Assembly (NCBI GenBank): GCA_964035545.1
Contig: OZ037770.1
Span: 11,862,463-11,926,462 of the forward strand
Direction: 5' to 3'
DNA: 64,000 nucleotides
DNA from: Bugula neritina
Taxonomy: Eukaryota; Animalia; Bryozoa
The translations under genes and the position numbers were made by a program. How positions within the stretch are numbered: the stretch's first letter is position 1; the number at the start of each line of letters is the position of its first letter. The notes beneath the pieces are model-generated. The model had not been told where the DNA came from. It ran no database searches and saw only the letters and a program-made list of their open reading frames with translations. Of this stretch, positions 51,801 to 64,000 are shown piece after piece.

Positions 51801-54373
51801 GCGTTGATCTCAGTAATTTTGATCATCTATGAGTTAGAATTTATGGGATGATTCCATATATGTTATAAGTGGATGAATTTGTTGTGAAACAAAAACTTCG
51901 TTCAATTTTTCAGTATTTCAAATATATAATATATTCTATTTTTCAATAAACCTTGTTGAAAGAACACACAAGTTAAGTGAAATCGAATCACATGAAATTC
52001 TAACTCATTGACTATAATTATCGACTAAATTTATCTTTGCTTCATCACTATCACAACATTGTAATTATCAACCAATCAATTCTCTCCACAGTGCTGTTAC
52101 ATATCAGCCAATCAGTGTTTCTTTTACACTCGACCAATCAGCATATTCAACCCTATTGCATCTTTTAGGAGTTATCTCTCTTCACTTCTGCACACATTCT
52201 GTTTGCATGATCTCACCACACTGTGCTTAGCCTGCACTGGAAATTCTATGCACTAACATTGCGTGTGTTTGTATTATACGCTAACACTGATTGTTACATT
52301 TAACATGCTAACATTGTGTTTAACTGTACAGTGATGCTAACACTGAATGTTGTTTGCCCCTGTGTTGTGTGCTCCCTGTATTTATTATCGTATTAGTGTG
52401 CCATTAACCCAACATAAAATCTACAAGCACTTGCCGTAACATGTCGTAGGATTACATTCTGTCTGTCAGCTTGTGTGTGCCACTGGCTATCTCATGTCAT
52501 ATTAGTTTGCTCTAGCCCCAGCGGTTTGTAATCATTATTATTTTCTTGTGTAGTCAAGAAGGAGGAGGCTGGTTTGAATTGTTTTGTGAGCACCTTTTAG
52601 TCTTGTTTAGAATTTAAAAACAAATTTTTTATTAATTTTTTCAATTTGATTTGTGTTCTGTGGTGCTTTTATTTTATTAAATCTAATATTAATGTGAATA
52701 TTTTTATTCAAATTTGGATCAATTTCTCTTCACCCAACGATAATTCAGTAGAAATTTTGTAATCATTTAACATTTTTTGGTAATTTGCAAAACTTGCATT
52801 TAGTACTAGAGTTAAGTTGGAAGTTGGTTGTCTTCTCTTTAATAACTGTAAAGTTAGACAACTCCTAGCTGTTTGCTAATATCACCATGGTTACTAATAC
52901 ATGTTGTAATTGCAGAAAGAGAATGGCATGTCAAGAAACAACTCCACTAAAGTGCCAAAACACCTCGTATCAAATGACAGTTTCCGAAGTATTTACGACA
53001 ATCATCCCATCAGCGAGAATTCTGACTTGCCAGTTCCACCAGTTGACTACGACCTTGACCGAAGTTACAGGAGGAAACCTACCGTAGCTGCTCGACACCG
53101 CAGTGAGTCATCCAGCAGCAACAGACTGAGTGTCCAATCAGCTGCCTCCGTCCGTAGCGACCATCTGAACGCTGCGGACATGAGGCCGATGTCGAGTGAG
53201 CTTCCCTTTGTAGAGTCAGCGACCTCTAGGCAGCAGTCTATTGACAGTGCTGTCAGCGCAGAGTTAGACATCGCTGTGTTGAAGCTGGACTTGTCCGAAG
53301 AGGACGAGGAGGTCATTAAACCCGATCTGCCGCCGAGGAATAAGACTACTGATTCGTTCTTCGAAACCGAGTTGGAGAAGACTCTAGACGAGCCTGCCCG
53401 GAGTTCAAGGTCGGCTAGTAAGTCACCTGACATTGAAACGGCTAACTCTTCTTCTCACATGTACGTGAGGTCTGCCGGGTTTAGGGGCCGCACTATGTCT
53501 CCCCCTGGTGCTAGGAACAGAACTCAGACTACAGACATCCAGCTGTCACCTACTCAGACTATCGAAGGACTCAACTCTAAGCCTGTGATCCCTAAACCGT
53601 CACCTAGGCCTTCGAATATACCTCTCAAGTCTTCAGTGGACTACGGGAGAGCATCAGCTGGCTACGAGAGAGGAGATGTGGAAATACCCATCACCCACCT
53701 ACCAGCTGGCAAGGTGCCTCGCAGTAATGGTTCCATACCAGTGCCCACTCGTCTCAACCAGTCTCCTGTTAGTCCAGTAAACTCTTCTAGTGGAGGTACA
53801 AGGTCGGGCTCTCGTAAGACACCCCCTTCTAAAAGTCCTCGGCCTTTTCCGGTTCCCCGCAGCAATATACCTGTGATGCAGAGCTCTAGTGTGAGAAGTA
53901 ACGCAACTCCTGTTAGCTCGGGTTTACATCTTGTGTCTCCGACTAAACCCGCAGTCTCTCCTCAATATACTCGGCCATTTGCAATATCTCCTCACTACGC
54001 CAGGCCCTCCCCCTCCTCTCAGCCCACCTCGCCGCAGTATGGCAAGCAAGTGTTTCACACCTTTGGTGGGCGAGGCAGACAAAACCACCGCACACCCCCT
54101 CCATCGGTGACGAGCTCGGCTACTCAAGGTCGTCGTTCTGTCGACAATCTAGCCAGCGGAGCCGACGGAATTCGAAGTCCTCCTGTATCCAGTCTGAGGT
54201 CTCCTCGTTACATCTCCGTCACCCCTCGGCCCCAGCTCCCTCTGTCAGCCGGCAACAGGACGTTCTATGTAGTAGCTGACCCCTCGAACTCCCGGCAGAT
54301 GCCTAATAAAACACCATCTAGGTACGACTTCAACGAAGATGATAAGAGCACTCAGAAGCCAGTATTTCTCTGA
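39824..54373 (+). CDS. USP6NL: USP6 N-terminal-like protein / RN-tre, TBC-domain Rab GTPase-activating protein (~891 aa)
   Basis: Exons 39824-39827, 40357-40430, 41661-41746, 43153-43276, 44786-45015, 45435-45604, 47449-47543, 48125-48190, 48537-48636, 49142-49245, 49523-49687 and 52916-54373 (2676 nt, in frame). Motifs [47 protein letters not shown] (Arg finger), [10 protein letters not shown] (Gln finger), [13 protein letters not shown] and [11 protein letters not shown] match USP6NL/RN-tre as I recall it. Long Ser/Pro-rich disordered C-terminus. Extra small exons between 49688 and 52915 are possible. Confidence 0.92.
40421..40835 (+). repeat. Minisatellite built from an exon/5' splice-site junction (units TATATCATAGTAAG +/- TGTCATGGG)
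   Basis: Roughly two dozen 14-23-bp units, starting at the end of USP6NL exon 40357-40430. Confidence 0.9.
45001..45112 (+). repeat. ~55-bp tandem duplication spanning a splice donor
   Basis: GAGATACGGTATAAA|GTGAGTTGAATATAGTCTGAGTATAAATACAGTAGGTAG at 45001 is repeated at 45056. Confidence 0.85.
45111..45324 (+). mobile_element. tRNA-derived SINE, family 1, inside a USP6NL intron
   Basis: GGAGCGACCGTGGTCTAGGGGTTAGAGC...GGGTTTGAGCCC...TAGTCATAATTGCTCCTGTGCC...CACAGAGATAGTAACTAGAAACTCGTG, colinear with the other two copies. Confidence 0.85.
47821..47985. repeat. 55-bp intronic tandem repeat x3 (with degenerate flanking copies)
   Basis: AGTAACTTACTTTACTCATCCTATATAATAATATTATACGCTACTCTTTCTATAT starts at 47821, 47876 and 47931. 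Confidence 0.9.
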
Positions 54374-55757
54374 TGGGAACATTTAATAAATTATTTTAGA
54401 CGTGTGATACTCGTTATAAGACTCACTATATTGATTTGTATCTGACACATCATTGCATTATTTATAATTAAGTAAAATAATAATATTATTTTACTTGTGC
54501 ATATAACTTTAATGGAATTCAACATTTACCAATAGTTTGCATTTATCCCTTATTTATAAACAAAGAAGAATGTTCTATTTTGTTATTTTGACTAGTTAAT
54601 CAGCTCAGATTGTCTTGTAGATAAATATTATTTTCATTACTGAAGCAATAATTTTAGTTACATAATTGTATAACACAAGAATAGTTCAGGTGATATTCAG
54701 TTACTCAACTTTTTTAAAACTGGATATATGTTTTTTAACATGCCTGGCTGGTGTTTATTTTATTTTGTGATTCTTCACACTGTATATAATGACCTCAAGC
54801 TGCTGCTACATAAACACTATGATTGTTACATAATATTTTATCTCAATTCTATAAGTATGTGATTGTTGTCTCCCTTAGTTTATATTCTTGTGTCCTAATA
54901 CACGTGTGTAGTGACGTCACGTTACAGTGCTTGTGTTTGACCATGCATTCTTTTAGCTAACATTTTTATCATAATTACAAGTAGTATATTATATATTGAC
55001 TAGAGTATCCATTGGTACACCTACGTGCTGTAAGTAAGTATAAGTATACTATACAACTCACTATTATAGCTGCTTGAGGCGAACATTACAGTAATTTTAA
55101 CAAAAATAAATAACAAACTTCATGCATGGAAAGTTTGCCTTTCTGCAAAGTATTTATTGTGCAAAAATCATGGCTTGAAAATCTAGTAATCAAATAGAAT
55201 AGAATACACAGTCATAATACAGCAATACATACTATATTCTTCACCATTTGATTTCTTGAAATATATGAAGTTTATGGTTACCTAATAAGAAACGTGTCAT
55301 TATATTGAGCAAATGTGAAAAATTGCATGCATGGCCTATTTTCAGCCTACGATACTCAAAACATACAACTGTACAGCAAGAGGCGTATAAGGGAATACAT
55401 AATGTAAGGGAAGGACAACTGCTAATAAAAATACTGTATGAATAGCTTATTAATTTATATCAATAACAAACATCAATTTAGTGAAAAAGTTAAAGCTTAG
55501 GAAAATAAAAGGACCACACCATGTATTGATTGAGCAAAAAAATAAAAATAGAAACTGTTTTATTAGTTTTTGTTACATATCAGGACTAGCCAATGTCCTC
55601 GATCTGTGTGCAATTTGTCTAAGCTGTTATTTTGAAATCGAAAACAGACACCATACAAGTTTACAGCGAATGAAAAGCCTTTTTAAGCCAATTCATTAGA
55701 CATAAAACAGCCATAAAATATACTCGCCAACGCTCTCTATATGCAACTTGCCCTGAG

Positions 55758-58455
55758 CTAAATTACGTATGGTGATCGAATCTGTAGATGCTGAGGCATG
55801 TGTGGGTTTGCAGTAGCATTCCTTAGATTAAGATTCTTGTTTACTTTGTTGACGGGATGTAGTTTAGTAGAAGAATCTCGTGCAGTGGCGTAACGTCTAA
55901 CTCTTACGTCTAAGGGCTTCTCGGTGTAACCTGTAGAAAGTTTATATCCATACAGGTGTATTCTGCAGCATAAGAATTCAAGGTCGAAACTTAATTAGCT
56001 ATGTAATTATTATTCTAATTTTATTTTATGTTTTTCTGTGAATTAATTTTACTTTATCTCCAAAGTTTTTTAATTTCTCAAAGGAATGTTTTAAAATTAA
56101 ATGTATTTAGAAAGTAAATCTGAACAGTTACTGGAATATTTTATAATTCATATCCGAAAAGGGGGCATATTTATAGAATTATAACTAATGGCTAATGTCA
56201 AGGACTACTTCACAACAGTTATGATTGGCTACTTGCATGGCTTGGCTCTATTAAGTTATAAAAAAATTATATGAATACTACAATTAGATATTATAATATT
56301 ATTTTACCTAGACTCTGCATAGATATGAATACTTTACCTAGACTGTAAGTATATATGAATACTTTACCTAAACTGTACGTATAATGGATACGTTACCTAG
56401 ACTGTACGTAGATAAATAATCGGATATGTTTTTCTCTTTTTCTAATTTAGCTTGTCGCTCAGCTACCTCATTCTTCAAACCCCAGTTCGTTGGATCAGCT
56501 GTTCAAAAACAAACAAAAATTTGTCATCATATTTCTACAGTTCATTACTCACATATCTACAGTTCATTACTCATATATCAACAGTTCATCACATGCATTA
56601 CTTTCATATCAACAGTTCATCATATTATACATAATTCACATTAAAACAATTAATCTTAACTTGTGCTCAGAAAGACTCTACAAAGTTGGAGACAATAAGG
56701 TCACCCCCAAGCTTCTAGTTATTACAAATCTAGAATCTGAGGCCAACACAGGAACACACCTTGTAACGGATGGTCTATTTTCTCTGGCACCCAAGTCATG
56801 CTCTTGGAATCCCAAGACCGAACTGGCGGAAACTTCTGACCATCTGGACGAACTCTGCGGTTGTAATATTCATCGTAGAGGGAAATCATGTTATTGCTGT
56901 ATGCTTTGCCATGGTGACCAAATAACAAATCTTTAGGTAATCCTGCAATTCAAGAGAAAATCAATATAATGATTTGCCTTTGTTTAGTATATAAAGTTCA
57001 TTATTACAACTGACACATTTCTGATAATAAAAGTAGTTGAGGTGAGTGGCATACTTTGTATTGAATAATTCACATTGTATCACACCACTTGCAAAGTGTA
57101 TAATACTATTTAGAATTCCAACTATATTACTAATTTAACTTTTACATTACCTGATAAACTGACAGCTCAAGTAGTGACACAGTATGTATAGAGAAATAAA
57201 AGATAATAAAGTACTAGTTATTATTGAACAATATAATACAATACGCAGCTAATATACCAGAATTTTAATAACATAATGATAATAGTATAGTAATATGATA
57301 AAATGAAATGCCAAATGAAAGTTTTTGTAATTATCTAAAAATCAGGAACAATTTATTTTGGTTGCTTTTCTGTAGAAATAATAAATTACATTTCACATGT
57401 TAGAAAATACAATTATGCTTAGGTGCAACATTTACAACTTTTACTAATTTAGGCAAATAACCGCAAGGTTCTATAACATTCATTTAGTTATTTAATTAAA
57501 AACCAACCTTTATTGGCGAGGAAGGCATTTTTTCTAATTTCTACGTCTGGCCGAGCATCTGTATGAAACTTGTAATCTCTACGATGTGTGGAGTTGTGTT
57601 GCTGAGGGGTTCTTTCAAACTGAAACATCAATTAAAATATTTTCAGTGAAAAAAAATGAATAGCAAAGGTTATTGCAGCGTCATGATTCTACAGTAGTGT
57701 AACGGTTAGCAGGCTAGTTGGCAAGTTAAAAGCCTGGGAAGGGGGGGGCAGCTATTTACTGTAATTCAATCAAAATCAACAACATTAGTATCAGTAATAT
57801 AATAATTTAGTAAAAGTAATACTTACATTAAAATTATTACTTTAACTCGTTATCTGTAGTGTTATACTCGAATTTCCTACATGCACCCATGTGTTTTACA
57901 TATTGTTCTGTTTCCGTTGTTCTATTTATAATGAGTAAGCAAACCTTAATCACAAATTAACTAGTAGGTAAAATTGTTTGCCATCCCATTGCATCTGCCT
58001 GAATTCAATAGCAGTATTTACAAAAATATACTACTTCAGATAAAGTTTAAAATTTACTGTTTATGCCCCAGATAAAGCACATTGTCTATATCTAATTATC
58101 TATGTTTCTATATCCAAATGTATATTCCATTGACTTATCAATATTTAAACTCTAGATGCAATTATAATTTTCAATTGTACCTAATCCAACTAAAATTTCT
58201 ACATTTTGTCTCACAATGAATAAAAACATTCAGTTAGTGACATAACTATAACTCCTATCTTTTAAAAGATGTAAAACACTGATCACTATATGTTTTCATT
58301 CACCTGCTGCTCATGTCACTTTGACTCACCTGCTTTCTCTCTTCATACCAGTTCCCTATCAGCACCTTGTTATCAAATCTCTGCTCTATTCTCCACCCTG
58401 GTAGGTTCCACTTAAGCGGATCTTGCATTGCACCAATAGCTGGAAGGCTAGCCAT
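55758..58455 (-). CDS. CFAP107: Cilia- and flagella-associated protein 107 (C1orf158) microtubule inner protein, 231 aa
   Basis: Exons (minus) 58455-58330, 57619-57508, 56942-56760, 56498-56397 and 55930-55758 (696 nt, in frame). Translation MASLPAIGAMQDPLKWNLPGWRIEQRFDNKVLIGNWYEERKQF...GLPKDLLFGHHG...ISLYDEYYNR...PPVRSWDSKSMTWVPEKIDHPLQADPTNWGL. The KVLxGNWxEER, ISxYDxxYNR, WxPEKxDxP and PTNxGL motifs match C1orf158 as I recall it. Confidence 0.85.
56303..56411 (-). repeat. ~30-bp tandem repeat x4 containing the CFAP107 exon-4 donor
   Basis: Minus strand TACGTACAGTCTAG|GTAACG, ...CAGTTTAGGTAAAG, ...CAGTCTAGGTAAAG, ...GAGTCTAGGTAAAA. Confidence 0.85.
56530..56625. repeat. ~22-bp intronic tandem repeat (ACAGTTCATTACTCACATATCT-like)
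   Basis: About four degenerate copies of ACAGTTCAT...CATATC in the CFAP107 intron. Confidence 0.7.
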
Positions 58456-58581
58456 CTTTGTCTTAGTAGTAGATTACCTAGCTGTCAGCCGAGCTGCACT
58501 AACATTGACACTTGCCTTAGTAGCACTGGCTAGCACCTGCTATTGTTATACGCTGCGTTTTACTGTACCGATTATGTTATG

Positions 58582-58594
58582 GTAACCTAGCAAC
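58582..58594. promoter_or_regulatory. RFX X-box in the CFAP107 promoter
   Basis: GTAACCTAGCAAC fits the X-box consensus GTNRCC(N0-3)RGYAAC and lies ~127 bp upstream of the ATG of a ciliary gene. Confidence 0.75.
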
Positions 58595-59627
58595 GGCACT
58601 GGGCATGCGTGCACTTATTCATTGAGAAAATTCTAATTTGGAGCAGACAACTTCTTCAACAATAACTGCACGCAAAAACAAACCTATAGTGTGATGACCA
58701 TAGCCACGTCAACTCAAACTTTTTCAATATGATATATAAACATTATAACGCAAGTGTATAAAAACTTGCAACACTTTCAGTTAAGATTTATTTTAATAGA
58801 AATAAACTTTAGCAAAGAAAGGCAAATACAACAATATTTTAGTTTTCACCTTTGATAGTTATGTTGAATTTATTCAAAAGTTGCCTGTACAAATTATGAA
58901 ATCATCTACATATTATTATTATGCATTCATTTGGATGGTATTTTAAATAACTAAATATTGCTATAATATGCATGCCTGCTTAAGATCTTGCATCACACAA
59001 CAACTTTTTTTTACGAAATGAGATTTTATTATAAGTTTATTAAAAATAGCATTACTAAATTATTACAAAATAGAAGCATATATATCATCATCAACTGTTG
59101 CAAAGAGTTCTGAATGAAAAAAGTACCAAAATAGTGACAGATTCCAAAAGAAAAAAATTGAGCCACAAACTATAAGCTGTAAAAGAAAAAGCTCAATCAG
59201 CAAAACTAGCTATTGATTTATGAAGCAAACAGTTACAGCAACTGGAAAGTTACGTATAGGCGAAGTTACTATGCTTCTTGTTGTACCACATGCTCTGCAA
59301 ATATTTGCTAAGAATTCTGCATTCAGCATGAGATTCAAATTGTTTGCAAGCTTGAATACATCAGCCAACTCAAAGATATAGCTTAATGTTGACAAAGTTA
59401 AAAATTTATAAGACAGTTTATTAATCATAGCAACCTATAGATTGGATGAATTCTAATATCATGTAGCATGTTTGCTCGGTTACAACATTGTAGAGAAAAA
59501 AGAATCAATGGCACAAATTTAGAATTGTTTTCCTAAAAATATATGAGAAGTTTGAGCACAAAATTAATTGGGTGTCATAGTGTGGGAGGCACCCAAACCA
59601 CCCTGTCTCTGTTAGGAAGATACATTG

Positions 59628-62521
<2,894 letters not shown>

Positions 62522-64000
62522 CTTGTATGCTTACTAAGTAACTAACATCAACAACTAGTGTACGTCAGGTGGTATATTTTTATATCGAATGCTGACTCGC
62601 TAATCAATATTCTAAGTAAACAACTGAAAGGGCCTTTGTTTTGCGTGAAGTGGACATTCAACTTTTCTACAGGGCGTTGAAGAACGTTTATGTAATTTGT
62701 ACTGTAAAAGCCCAAATACACACACTACACGCAAACTCCATAAAAAGAATAAGTTATAACACACAATAAATGTACATATTTAGCAAGTATATTTGCGCGT
62801 ATGTTTGCATGTATATTTAGTTAAAATAAAATTTGAGTCTCTTTCGAGAGAGAAAGGGGTATGTATGGCGAACTTCAAAAACGTGCTTTTCCATTTCAGG
62901 CAACTACAGTTAGATGTGCTACAAACTCCATTTGAAATGACTGAATGCCAACAACTACTTTGTAGTAATTATGTAACAGTCAACTTTATTCATTGTTTTA
63001 CAATGCCGTGACAAGTTATGTGAATTAATCTCCTCCTTTAGTTTACATCCAAGTGTCAAAGGTTACTGTCTTGTCACTGAACAAAGTACAGCGAATAGTT
63101 AATTATATTTAATATAATTTAGAATATTCGTTCAACTTTGTCTATTCAAAACTGCAAGCAGATAAAACAAAGTATCACTTAGTTACTGAACTTTTCACAA
63201 CATTCAATGCACTTCACAGAGCAATGTACTTGTGAAGGCATAAAATATATTGTAGGGCAAACGAAGTAAAATAATTACCCCACTGTAATCAAACCTCAAA
63301 CCTACAAACTTACAAGCCAACTTGCTACTTCTTACACTATAGGGGCTTTGATAGAATCTCAACCCAACAAACTATATTACAAAATAATATAAAATGTATT
63401 AAATATTAAACCTACTCTTTAAATTATAATATCATTATAATGTTAACATGAATAAGAAAATTAAAATTTTTCAAATTTGCTATAATTATTTTTTATGCAA
63501 CTTGTAAAGAAACTATAGTGCATAAATGCAAAGTTTTGCCTCTCAAAAACAACTTGATAGGAAATATAAATATCTGTTTGAAGTCAGAAATCTTGCGAGA
63601 GCTCATAATAAGTTATAGCTTACAATGAAATAAACTTGAACAGCTAACACAAACAATTGAGTTTGATAGTTTCTGAAAATTCAAGGATCCATTTTTAAAA
63701 GTTTTCAAATCTGCCTGACCAACATTTATTTCAAATCAAAATTTAATCCAATATAGAAAAAGTTGAAACAATTGATTATAGAATGAAAACTGGTAATTAC
63801 CTTTTAGGAATATATTTATAGTATTGTTACATATAGATTCATCTCCCCTGGTACAAAGTTGATGCCATCATGTTCTATTGCATGATTATTTTATAGCAGT
63901 TATTATGTTTAGTAAGCAACCAATTTCACTAGTTAACGCTAATGTTTTGTAGCAAGTTTAAATCTTGAAACTTTTTCAAATTTACCATAAATGCAGAAAT

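Overview
AT-rich, intron-containing invertebrate (metazoan) genomic DNA. It is not prokaryotic, and the ORF track mostly shows exon fragments or noise. I assembled six spliced protein-coding genes by hand from GT-AG boundaries. (1) A cluster of three paralogous interrupted Gly-X-Y collagens: chain A (+, 3' part only, ends 1712), chain B (-, 9294-5779, 547 aa) and chain C (+, 29454-32567, 559 aa). B and C are type II transmembrane collagens with a short cytosolic tail, TM helix, coiled coil, furin site RxKR, CxxxC, a ~444-residue helix and no C-terminal globular domain. Helix length and interruption register match between B and C, and in A wherever it is visible, which suggests a co-regulated heterotrimeric, shed, Tyr-rich matrix or cuticle collagen system. 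(2) USP6NL/RN-tre TBC RabGAP (+, 39824-54373). (3) CFAP107/C1orf158 (-, 58455-55758) with an RFX X-box. (4) A small VOPP1/WBP1-like PPxY membrane protein (-, 62521-59628) with two apparently mutually exclusive ectodomain exons. The window also holds a tRNA-derived SINE family, a Harbinger-type MITE, LINE remnants, microsatellites, and repeated tandem amplification of splice-donor junctions. All coordinates were counted manually and no transcript evidence was available.
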